Shown: one piece after another, positions 9,584-17,747 of the stretch
Numbering within the stretch: position 1 is the first letter of the stretch
How the letters are laid out: every line of letters begins with the position of its first letter
Assembly (NCBI GenBank): GCA_002723415.1
Contig: PBOA01000008.1
Coordinates: forward strand, 5,607-69,606
DNA from: Chloroflexota bacterium
GTDB taxonomy: Bacteria > Chloroflexota > Dehalococcoidia > Lucifugimonadales > GCA-002723415
Length of the DNA stretch: 64,000 nt
Reading direction: 5' to 3'
The notes under the pieces: model-generated
Seen by the model: the letters and a program-made list of their open reading frames with translations, nothing else
What the model was told of the DNA's origin: nothing
Database searches by the model: none
Position numbers and translations under genes: made by a program

Positions 9584-10048
9584 ATGAATAATAGTCTACA
9601 TATAATTCTTTATAACCCTAAGATAGCATATAATACAGGGAATATTATTAGATTGTGTGCTAATATTGGGGCTGAATTACATTTAATTAAGCCACTAGGT
9701 TTCTCATTTGAGTCACGCCAATTAAAACGTGCTGCATTAGATTATTCTGATTTAACAAAAGTATTTTTACATGAAAATCTATGTGGATATTTAGAAAAAT
9801 TTCCCAATAGAGATATATTAGCATCTTCTATACATGGTAAATCTATATATACTGAGATTAATTACACTCTAAATCATTCTATTTTATTTGGTTCTGAGGA
9901 TGCTGGATTACCTAAAGACATATTAGATTGGCTAACTATAGACAGGTTAATTAAGATTCCTATGAAGCCGTTTAATAGAAGTATGAATGTTTCTAACACT
10001 GTAGCTATTATCGCTTATGAGGTGTGGCGACAAGTGGGTTTTGTTTAA
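9584..10048 (+). CDS. trmL: tRNA (cytidine/uridine-34 2'-O)-methyltransferase (SpoU/TrmL)
   Basis: 154 aa. NTGNIIRLCANIGAELHLIKPLGF and a C-terminal SMNVSNTVAI knot motif typical of TrmL. Confidence 0.85.
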   Translation: MNNSLHIILYNPKIAYNTGNIIRLCANIGAELHLIKPLGFSFESRQLKRAALDYSDLTKVFLHENLCGYLEKFPNRDILASSIHGKSIYTEINYTLNHSILFGSEDAGLPKDILDWLTIDRLIKIPMKPFNRSMNVSNTVAIIAYEVWRQVGFV

Positions 10049-10076
10049 ATTTTTGAGCATAGGATAACATTATTTC

Positions 10077-11279
10077 ATGTTAAACAATAAAAATTTTGCA
10101 ATTATTATTTGTAATTATTTTGCTGCTCAGATATCTAGGTTTTCACAATATACAATATTGATTTGGGTAATATTAGAAGGTAGCAAATCAGCTTTTTCGG
10201 TTGCTTTTGTTGGAGTATGTGCTTTTTTGCCTTATATATTATTTGGTACTATGGGTGGTTTATTAGCCGATAAATTTAAGAGAAAACATGTTTTAATTGT
10301 GACTCAATTAGTTCTTTTTTGTACTTCATCTATGCTTTTTTTCCTTTTTCATACAAAAGGAAATATATCTGTTGTAATAGCTTATTTAGTTATATTCATT
10401 AATGGATTAGTATATGTAATTGAAAAGCCTTCAAAAAGTTTAGCAGTGAGAGAATTAATTAATGCTAAATTTTTAACAAGAGCTCTAGCTTTAATAGGCT
10501 TTACTATTCAGGCTAGCCGTATGATTGGTCCTTTACTAGGTGGGTTTTTAATTTCATTAATTGGATTGAAATATTCTTATGGACCTATATTATTTATTCA
10601 TATATTTACAGTTTTTTCTCTATTTTTAGTTGATTTTCCAAATTCATTTAATACTTTATCTAGTTCTGATAATAAAACACTTATATATGAAATTAAAAGT
10701 AGTATAGATTATTTTTTTAGTGAACGAATTCTTCTTGCGGTTATGTTAATAACAATTACTATTCATCTTTTTGCATCATCATATTTTCAAATGATTTCTG
10801 TGGTTGCAACTAAAAATTTTGAAGTAGGAGCAGGATTAACTGGACTTTTAATGTCATGTGAAGGTATGGGTTCAATGTTGGGATTTTTTAACATCATGAT
10901 AATGGGTCAAATAAAAGCCCTAGGGAGACTATTTTATTTTGGGGCTTTGGTAATGTGTATTGGTATATTTTTCTTTTCTTTATCTAGCAGTTTTCTAGTT
11001 GCAGCTTTTTTAATTATTATAACTGGGTTCGGGTTTTCTTCTTTTGCAATAATGTTTGAGAATATTATACTACGTATTGTGCCTGTTAATATGCAAGGGA
11101 GGGTTTTAGGGATAGGAAATTTTGTTATTGGATTTCAAATAATAGGAGCATTAATAATTGGAGCTTTGTCAGAATATTTAGGGGTTAATAATGCACTAAG
11201 ATTAACATCTATTATTGGAGTATTATTAATTTGCTTTATAGTTATTCGAATAAATGAGATTAATAAAAAAAATATATAG
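10077..11279 (+). CDS. MFS transporter
   Basis: 400 aa, about 12 TM helices, and a GGLLADKFKRK loop 2-3 motif. Confidence 0.7.
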   Translation: MLNNKNFAIIICNYFAAQISRFSQYTILIWVILEGSKSAFSVAFVGVCAFLPYILFGTMGGLLADKFKRKHVLIVTQLVLFCTSSMLFFLFHTKGNISVVIAYLVIFINGLVYVIEKPSKSLAVRELINAKFLTRALALIGFTIQASRMIGPLLGGFLISLIGLKYSYGPILFIHIFTVFSLFLVDFPNSFNTLSSSDNKTLIYEIKSSIDYFFSERILLAVMLITITIHLFASSYFQMISVVATKNFEVGAGLTGLLMSCEGMGSMLGFFNIMIMGQIKALGRLFYFGALVMCIGIFFFSLSSSFLVAAFLIIITGFGFSSFAIMFENIILRIVPVNMQGRVLGIGNFVIGFQIIGALIIGALSEYLGVNNALRLTSIIGVLLICFIVIRINEINKKNI

Positions 11280-11295
11280 ACTTTTAATCGGTGTA

Positions 11296-11369
11296 TGGGC
11301 CGACTGGGACTCGAACCCAGGACACCCTGATTAAAAGTCAGGTGCTCTACCAAACTGAGCTACCGGCCC
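11296..11369 (-). tRNA. tRNA-Lys (anticodon UUU)
   Basis: Reverse complement GGGCCGGTAGCTCAGTTTGGTAGAGCACCTGACTTTTAATCAGGGTGTCCTGGGTTCGAGTCCCAGTCGGCCCA folds as a cloverleaf. Anticodon loop is CTTTTAA, T-loop is GGTTCGAGTCC, and CCA is not encoded. Confidence 0.9.
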
Positions 11370-11420
11370 AAAATTTTTTAACTATATTTACTTTATCATT
11401 ATTATTTAAAAGGTGAAATG

Positions 11421-11993
11421 CTAAAATAGCTTAAAATTATTTAAAGGCCAATAAATAATAAAAACTCTGCCAATAATATTTTTACTATTAAGTAGACCCC
11501 AGCTTCTAGAGTCATCACTTTGTAGCCTATTATCTCCTAATACGAATAAATGGTTTGGTGGAACTATAAAGCGTGGAATATTTGATTTCCCCAGGTTTGA
11601 CACATATCTTTCATTAAGAGGAGAATTGTTTACAATTACAGTCCCATTATTGATAGATATTTCATCTCCAGGTAGTCCGATAGCACGTTTAACAATTTTT
11701 ATATTGGGAATATTAGGAGATTTGAATACAACGATTTCACCTTTTTCTGGAGGGTTAAAGAAGTAAACATATTTGCTTTCTGATTTGTTTATGAAAGGAA
11801 AAGTCTTTGATAATTCTATTGAGGGAATTCTTTTATATATTAATTTGTTTACGAATAATCTTTCACCTTCGTTTAAAGTGGGTATCATACTAGGACCTTG
11901 CACTAGGTAATTTTGCAAACTAAATTGAAGTACAGCAAAAATTGTTAATGTAAGAATTGTTGTTTCAATTAATTCTCTAATTTGTGTTCTCAT
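11421..11993 (-). CDS. lepB: Signal peptidase I
   Basis: S26 boxes GPSMIPTL (catalytic Ser), KRAIGLPGD (catalytic Lys) and GDNRLQSDDSR. Confidence 0.9.
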   Translation of the reverse strand: MRTQIRELIETTILTLTIFAVLQFSLQNYLVQGPSMIPTLNEGERLFVNKLIYKRIPSIELSKTFPFINKSESKYVYFFNPPEKGEIVVFKSPNIPNIKIVKRAIGLPGDEISINNGTVIVNNSPLNERYVSNLGKSNIPRFIVPPNHLFVLGDNRLQSDDSRSWGLLNSKNIIGRVFIIYWPLNNFKLF

Positions 11994-12114
11994 AATAATT
12001 TATAAAGTTTTTTTATAATTATAACTTTCTTTCTTTATATATGCATCTAGAGTTGTGGTAATATTATATGCTTGCTACAATTTACTTAAATTAGTTATTA
12101 TCTTTGGAGGTCTT

Positions 12115-12678
12115 ATGGTTCTTAGTGATAAAACAATTAAAGAGGAGCTTGCAAAAGGTAGAATTGTAATTGATCCTTTAGGAGAAGGGTGTATTCAGCC
12201 AGCAAGCGTTGATGTTCATTTAGGTTCAGAAGTATTAATTTTTAGAAATTCTAAAGCTGCGTATATTGATATTCGTCAAGACTTGAGTGATTTAACTGAA
12301 GTTGTTCGAATTGAGGAAGATAGTCCATTTATATTACATCCTGGGGAATTTGTTTTAGGTAGCACAGTCGAACACATTGAATTACCTGATGATTTAGTTG
12401 CTAGGTTAGAGGGTAAAAGTTCGCTAGGGAGAATAGGGCTATTAATTCATTCTACGGCAGGCTATGTTGATCCGGGATGGAAAGGTAGATTAACTTTAGA
12501 GCTTAGCAATGTTGCTAATTTGCCAGTAACTCTTTATAAAGATATGAAAATAGGACAATTATCTTATTTGAGGCTTACTAGCAAGGTTGATAACCCGTAT
12601 GGTTCCGAAAATTTGAATAGTAAATACCAAGGTCAAACAGGAGCTATGGGAAGCCAAATATTTAAAGATTTTGCATAA
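12115..12678 (+). CDS. dcd: dCTP deaminase
   Basis: IQPASVDVHLG, GKSSLGRIG and GWKGRLTLELSN motifs. Start set at ATG 12115, preceded by GGAGG (12106-12110); the track GTG start at 12055 adds a non-conserved hydrophobic extension. Confidence 0.9.
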   Translation: MVLSDKTIKEELAKGRIVIDPLGEGCIQPASVDVHLGSEVLIFRNSKAAYIDIRQDLSDLTEVVRIEEDSPFILHPGEFVLGSTVEHIELPDDLVARLEGKSSLGRIGLLIHSTAGYVDPGWKGRLTLELSNVANLPVTLYKDMKIGQLSYLRLTSKVDNPYGSENLNSKYQGQTGAMGSQIFKDFA

Positions 12679-12690
12679 TGAGGTTAGCAT

Positions 12691-13776
12691 ATGTCTTATA
12701 TGGATCTTGCTATCAAACTAGCTAAAGATAATGTAAATTGTGTTAGTCCTAATCCATCTGTAGGAGCAATTTTAGTTAAGAATGGAATTGTTGTAGGAGA
12801 AGGGCAGACTCAAGAGTTAGGTAAATCTCATGCAGAGATTATTGCTATTAATCAAGCTAGAGATAATGCTTTTGGTGCCACTTTATATACTACTTTAGAA
12901 CCATGTTCTCATTTTGGTAAAACTCCTCCATGTGTAGATGCAATAATTAAATCAGGCATTTCGAAAGTTAGTTATTCAATTTTGGATCCTAATCCAATAG
13001 TTAATGGGAAAGGAATATCAAAATTAAGAGATGCTGGTGTCATAATAGAATCTGGGGAAAGATCATCAGATGCTATTGAAATTATTGAAGCTTATTCAAA
13101 ATTCATTAATTATAAAATTCCTTTTTTAACTGCAAAGTTTGCTATGTCTTTGGATGGGAAAATAGCTACTGATACTGGGAAGTCTAAATGGATATCTAGT
13201 ATTGACTCTAGAAAGTTTGTTCATTCTATGAGAGGGAAATCAGATGCTTTAATGGTTGGTATAAACACTGTATTAAAAGATAATCCTCTTTTAACGAATC
13301 GGTATCAATTAGAGAATATTATTCAACAACCTTTGAGGATAATAATTGATTCTCACGCTAGAACTCCATTAAATTCTAAGCTTTTAAATCAACCTGGAGA
13401 AACATTAATTTTTGTTGCTAATCCTAAAGACAAAACTTGTAATGATCTTATAAAAAATGGAGCTAAAATTGTTAAAATACCCGGGGAAAATAATCAAGTT
13501 GATTTGGTTAATGTAATAAAATATCTGGGAAGTCAAAATATTACTTCTATATTAGTTGAAGGGGGAAGTATTTTGTTAGGAGCATTATTTGAAGAAGGGT
13601 TAATTGATAAGGTTGTTGCTTTTGTTTCCCCCATAATAATTGGAGGAATGAAATCTAAATCTCCAATTCAAAATAATGGTATTGATTTCATAAAAGATGC
13701 TTATCTTTTGAAAAATATTAAAATTAATAAAATTAGAGATGATGTTGTAATATCTGGGTATATTAAAGGAAGTTAG
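12691..13776 (+). CDS. ribD: Bifunctional diaminohydroxyphosphoribosylaminopyrimidine deaminase / 5-amino-6-(5-phosphoribosylamino)uracil reductase
   Basis: Deaminase zinc motifs HAEIIAI and TLEPCSHFGKTPPC, followed by a C-terminal reductase domain (KFAMSLDGKIA). Confidence 0.92.
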   Translation: MSYMDLAIKLAKDNVNCVSPNPSVGAILVKNGIVVGEGQTQELGKSHAEIIAINQARDNAFGATLYTTLEPCSHFGKTPPCVDAIIKSGISKVSYSILDPNPIVNGKGISKLRDAGVIIESGERSSDAIEIIEAYSKFINYKIPFLTAKFAMSLDGKIATDTGKSKWISSIDSRKFVHSMRGKSDALMVGINTVLKDNPLLTNRYQLENIIQQPLRIIIDSHARTPLNSKLLNQPGETLIFVANPKDKTCNDLIKNGAKIVKIPGENNQVDLVNVIKYLGSQNITSILVEGGSILLGALFEEGLIDKVVAFVSPIIIGGMKSKSPIQNNGIDFIKDAYLLKNIKINKIRDDVVISGYIKGS

Positions 13777-14352
13777 ATGTTTACTGGAATAATAGAAGAA
13801 ATTGGTATAGTTAAGCATTTTAGTGATGGGGTTTTAGAAATAAATGCATCAATTGTAATAGAATCATTAATGATTAGTGAAAGTATATCAGTTAATGGTG
13901 TTTGTTTAACTGTAACGAATTTAAATCATAAAAGTTTTGTAGTAGATGTGGTGCCTGAAACATTAAGAAAAAGCAATTTATCTAAGTTAACTAAAGGTTC
14001 ATTTGTTAATTTAGAAAGATCTTTACCTTTAAATAGCAGGCTTGGAGGACATTTTGTGCAAGGACACGTAGAGAATATTGGCTCAATTGAATATATGGAA
14101 AAAGATGATAAAGCATTTATGGTAGGAATTAAAGCTTCGGAGACAATTATGAAATATGTTGTTGAAAAAGGTTTTATTGCTATAGATGGTATTAGCTTGA
14201 CTGTAGTGGAGTGTAAAAATTCATATTTTAATGTTACTATTGTACCTTATACTTGGGAAAATACTGTAATGAAGTATCGAAATGTTGGAGATTTAGTTAA
14301 TCTTGAAACTGATATCTTAGCTAAATATGTGGAAAAAATTAGTTTAAAATAG
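13777..14352 (+). CDS. ribE: Riboflavin synthase (alpha chain)
   Basis: MFTGIIEEIG start and duplicated lumazine-binding repeats (NGVCLTV / DGISLTV). Start abuts the ribD stop. Confidence 0.9.
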   Translation: MFTGIIEEIGIVKHFSDGVLEINASIVIESLMISESISVNGVCLTVTNLNHKSFVVDVVPETLRKSNLSKLTKGSFVNLERSLPLNSRLGGHFVQGHVENIGSIEYMEKDDKAFMVGIKASETIMKYVVEKGFIAIDGISLTVVECKNSYFNVTIVPYTWENTVMKYRNVGDLVNLETDILAKYVEKISLK

Positions 14353-14396
14353 AAGATGATTTTATTCGATTAATATATTTATAGGAAGGTATTTAA

Positions 14397-15608
14397 TTGC
14401 TTACAAATGTTCATAAAGCTATTGAAGAGCTTAGAGAAGGCAAGATGGTTATCATAGTTGATGATCAGGGTAGAGAAAATGAAGGGGACCTTGCTATTGC
14501 TGCAGAAAAGGTTACTCCTGAAGTGATAAATTTTATGGCAACTCACGCTAGAGGTTTAGTTTGTATGCCTATGTTAAGTGAAAGACTAGATGAGTTAAAC
14601 ATTCCTCCAATGGTAAATGATAATACATCTCAATTGAGAACAGCTTTTACAGTGTCGGTAGATTCGATGAAGAGAGGTGTAACGACAGGTATTTCAGCTT
14701 TCGATAGATCATCTACAGTTAAACATTTGATTGATCAAAACTCAAAACCTTCTGATTTTGGGCGTCCAGGTCATATTTTTCCGCTTCGATATGAACCTGG
14801 AGGGGTATTAGTTAGGGCGGGACATACTGAAGCAATTGTTGATTTAGTAAATGCAGCTGGGATGTACCCTGCTGGAGTTATATGTGAAATCATGGCAGAT
14901 TCCGGGGCAATGGCTAGGACTAAAGATTTAGAAAAATTAGCAAAAAAATATGATTTAAGTATAGTAAGTGTAGCAGATATAATTTCATATAGAAGAAATA
15001 ATGAAATCGTTATTGAAAGACTTGGAGAGGCAAGAATACCTACTCAATATGGAGAATTTAAAGCTTTATCTTATAAGAGTTTAGTTGACAGTGGAGAACA
15101 TGTTGCATTTGTTAAAGGAAAAATTACGCCAGACAAACCTACTCTAGTTAGAGTTCATAGTGAATGCGTAACTGGAGATGTGTTTGGAAGCATTAGGTGT
15201 GACTGTGGAGATCAAATGAAATTAGCTTTACAGAAGATAGCAGATGCTGATTCAGGTGTTTTAGTTTATATGAGGCAAGAAGGTAGAGGTATAGGTCTCC
15301 ATAATAAACTTAAAGCATATGCTCTTCAAGATGAAGAATTATTAGATACAGTTGATGCTAATGTTGAATTAGGGTTTAAGGAAGATCTTAGACATTTTGG
15401 AACTGGGGCTCAAATTTTAGCTGATTTAGGAGTTGTTAAGTTCAATTTATTAACTAATAACCCTAAAAAAGTTGTTGGTTTAGAAAGTTTTGGTTTAAAA
15501 ATAGAAAAAGTAGTCCCAATAGTTGTAGATGTAAATAAAGAAAATAAAAAATATTTAACTGCTAAATCTGATAGATTGGGCCATAACTTAGATACTTTGT
15601 TTAAATAA
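14397..15608 (+). CDS. ribBA: Bifunctional 3,4-dihydroxy-2-butanone-4-phosphate synthase / GTP cyclohydrolase II
   Basis: DHBP synthase motif GRENEGDL and the GCH II zinc motif ECVTGDVFGSIRCDCG. TTG start. Confidence 0.93.
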   Translation: MLTNVHKAIEELREGKMVIIVDDQGRENEGDLAIAAEKVTPEVINFMATHARGLVCMPMLSERLDELNIPPMVNDNTSQLRTAFTVSVDSMKRGVTTGISAFDRSSTVKHLIDQNSKPSDFGRPGHIFPLRYEPGGVLVRAGHTEAIVDLVNAAGMYPAGVICEIMADSGAMARTKDLEKLAKKYDLSIVSVADIISYRRNNEIVIERLGEARIPTQYGEFKALSYKSLVDSGEHVAFVKGKITPDKPTLVRVHSECVTGDVFGSIRCDCGDQMKLALQKIADADSGVLVYMRQEGRGIGLHNKLKAYALQDEELLDTVDANVELGFKEDLRHFGTGAQILADLGVVKFNLLTNNPKKVVGLESFGLKIEKVVPIVVDVNKENKKYLTAKSDRLGHNLDTLFK

Positions 15609-15627
15609 TATTTAAGGATTTTATTCT

Positions 15628-16098
15628 ATGAGCAATATTTTGCAAGGCGATATTGACGGATCAGATAGGAAAGTTGGAATAATTGTTTCAGAATTTAACG
15701 AAGCAATAAGTACAAATTTACTTAGTGGCACTTTAAATGCTTTGAATGATTGTAATGTAAATGAAAAAAATATTTTTATTGTAAAAGTGCCTGGAGCTTT
15801 TGAAATTCCTTTAATTGCATTACAATTAGCTAAAAAAAAGGAATATGATGTTTTAATTTGTCTTGGAGCTGTAATTAGAGGCGAGACCGGACATTATGAT
15901 TTTGTAGCTTCAGGTTCTGCACTTGGTATATCTAAAGTATCATTAGACACAGGAATTCCTGTGATTTTCGGTATTTTGACTACAGATAATCTTCAGCAAG
16001 CTATTGATAGATCTGGTGGGAAATATGGTAATAAAGGGTATGATTGTGGAATTACTGCAATAAAAATGTCTTCTATTAATAGTAAATTCTTAAAATGA
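15628..16098 (+). CDS. ribH: 6,7-dimethyl-8-ribityllumazine synthase
   Basis: VPGAFEIP and GAVIRGETGHYDFV signatures; 156 aa. Confidence 0.92.
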   Translation: MSNILQGDIDGSDRKVGIIVSEFNEAISTNLLSGTLNALNDCNVNEKNIFIVKVPGAFEIPLIALQLAKKKEYDVLICLGAVIRGETGHYDFVASGSALGISKVSLDTGIPVIFGILTTDNLQQAIDRSGGKYGNKGYDCGITAIKMSSINSKFLK

Positions 16099-16149
16099 AT
16101 TATTGAAATTATTTTAGATTTAAAAATAATTTTGTTGTTTAATTATTTT

Positions 16150-16158
16150 TGCTATACT
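16150..16158 (+). promoter_or_regulatory. Candidate extended -10 element (TGCTATACT) for the tRNA-Gln/tRNA-Glu pair
   Basis: TGnTATACT lies 11 nt upstream of the mature tRNA-Gln 5' end. AT-rich background makes chance matches common. Confidence 0.3.
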
Positions 16159-16168
16159 AGATATTTTA

Positions 16169-16239
16169 TGGGGATTGGTCTAGTGGTAGGACAACAGACT
16201 CTGGATCTGTAAGCCGAGGTTCGAATCCTCGATCCCCAG
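16169..16239 (+). tRNA. tRNA-Gln (anticodon CUG)
   Basis: TGGGGAT acceptor pairs with ATCCCCA. Anticodon stem-loop is ACAGA-CTCTGGA-TCTGT and T arm is CGAGG-TTCGAAT-CCTCG. It has the U1-A72 pair typical of bacterial tRNA-Gln, and CCA is not encoded. Confidence 0.9.
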
Positions 16240-16247
16240 TTTTGTTT

Positions 16248-16324
16248 GGCGCGTTCGTCTAGTGGCCTAGGACACCGCTCTCTCAAGGCGGAGATCACGG
16301 GTTCGAATCCCGTACGCGCTACCA
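16248..16324 (+). tRNA. tRNA-Glu (anticodon CUC), CCA encoded
   Basis: GGCGCGT acceptor pairs with ACGCGCT. Anticodon stem-loop is CCGCT-CTCTCAA-GGCGG, T arm is ACGGG-TTCGAAT-CCCGT, and the 3' end is ACCA. Confidence 0.88.
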
Positions 16325-16334
16325 GACTAAATAG

Positions 16335-17702
16335 CTAGTATTTACCAATATATTTTGACCTATAATCAGGAGCTTCAATTCTCAAGCAAGATCCTACCCA
16401 TGGATCTCTAACTCTAGACCTTATATGTTGTAAAGGACCATCTTCGGTAAAATCTATCATAGTAGTAATTACAGTTGGCATTCTGCCATTATGTCTGTGA
16501 GCAATTATCTGGAATAGTTTTTCTTCTGCCCAGGGACTACTACGTTCTCTTCCTAAATCATCTAATATCAAAAGTTTTGCGTTTTTAACTGAATCAAAAA
16601 CAGTATCATATGCTAATTTACTATCTGGAGCAAAAGTATTTCTTAAATGGTCAAGTAAATCAGGAACAAAAGCAAAATAAGTAAATTGATCTTTTTGTTT
16701 TCTAAATTCTGCAATTGCTATAGCCAAATGAGTTTTTCCTACACCAGTGTTGCCAAACAAAGTTAACCAACCATGAGGGTCATTAGCAAATTCTTTTGCT
16801 GCTTTGAAAGCCATCTCTAAGCTTAGTGCTTCATGAGCTCTAGGGTTATTTCCTCTGAAGTTAAAAGTTTTAAAATTCATTCTTTTAAATAATTCAGGAT
16901 TGATGTTGCCTTGACTTAAATTTTTGGAAAGATCCCAGGGTTTTAATATCACAGTTTTGCATAATTCTAAGTTGTTTATTTTACTACTTATTTGCGAGCT
17001 TAATTCTGATATAGGTCTCGATGTAGTAATAATAGTGGAAAGTTGATTGTTATACCGATGATTTAAAATCTGTTCTAGTTTTTCCTGGGCCCAAGGACTA
17101 GAGTTTTCTATTCCTAATCCATCTAATACAAGTATTGGTGTTTCTAAAACCAACTCAAATATATCGCTAAATTTAATTTCACTTGAAGGAGAAAATGTCG
17201 ATCGTAAATGGTCTAATAAATCAGGTACATAAATGAAAAATGCGGGGATGTTATTCTTTATATATTCTGAAGTCAAAGCAGCAGCTATATGTGTTTTCCC
17301 AGATCCATGTTCCCCAGATATAATTAGCCAGCCTTCGGGTTTAAGTGAGTAATCTTTTATAACTTGTAATGCTTTGTGATAGTTTTTTTGTTCATCTACG
17401 TTACTACTTAATCCATCATCATTTAGATTTGCGAAAGTAAATCGCGATAAATGTCCTAAGTTACTATACCTTAATAATTGAGATTGTTTTTCTAAATTTA
17501 AATTTTCTGTACGACATGTGCATGGGTTGATTTGGCCAAAACTTGGGTCACTAATTGGTTTGTCTTGAGATATCCATCCTCGTCCTTCACATATACTACA
17601 TTCATTATAAATTTCATTTGGAGCTTTAATTGATTTAGATTTTTTATTTTTCAAGTTGTGATCTATAGGCATACTTGAAAGTATTTCTCCAAATTTGTCC
17701 AT
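16335..17702 (-). CDS. Tandem-duplicated DnaC/DnaI/IstB-like AAA+ protein with N-terminal zinc ribbon (putative helicase loader)
   Basis: N-terminal CSICEGRGW...NPCTC. Two homologous AAA+ modules: GEHGSGKTH...VPDLLDHLRSTF...ILVLDGLG...SSPWAQEKL...IITTS and GNTGVGKTH...VPDLLDHLRNTF...LLILDDLG...SSPWAEEKL...VITT. It sits 45 nt downstream of dnaB. Confidence 0.75.
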   Translation of the reverse strand: MDKFGEILSSMPIDHNLKNKKSKSIKAPNEIYNECSICEGRGWISQDKPISDPSFGQINPCTCRTENLNLEKQSQLLRYSNLGHLSRFTFANLNDDGLSSNVDEQKNYHKALQVIKDYSLKPEGWLIISGEHGSGKTHIAAALTSEYIKNNIPAFFIYVPDLLDHLRSTFSPSSEIKFSDIFELVLETPILVLDGLGIENSSPWAQEKLEQILNHRYNNQLSTIITTSRPISELSSQISSKINNLELCKTVILKPWDLSKNLSQGNINPELFKRMNFKTFNFRGNNPRAHEALSLEMAFKAAKEFANDPHGWLTLFGNTGVGKTHLAIAIAEFRKQKDQFTYFAFVPDLLDHLRNTFAPDSKLAYDTVFDSVKNAKLLILDDLGRERSSPWAEEKLFQIIAHRHNGRMPTVITTMIDFTEDGPLQHIRSRVRDPWVGSCLRIEAPDYRSKYIGKY

Positions 17703-17747
17703 TTTGTCTCCTCAAGAATTTATTTTATATATTAAATTTCTTACGAA

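Noticed and set aside
11135-11353. 72-aa minus-strand ORF
   Set aside because: Its N-terminus (MVEHLTFNQGVLGSSPSRP) is simply the translation of the tRNA-Lys gene, and the rest is antisense to the MFS transporter 3' end.
16106-16132. Inverted repeat AAATTATTTT / AAAATAATTT after ribH as a terminator
   Set aside because: The stem is entirely A-T with no convincing stability, so it cannot be distinguished from AT-rich background.
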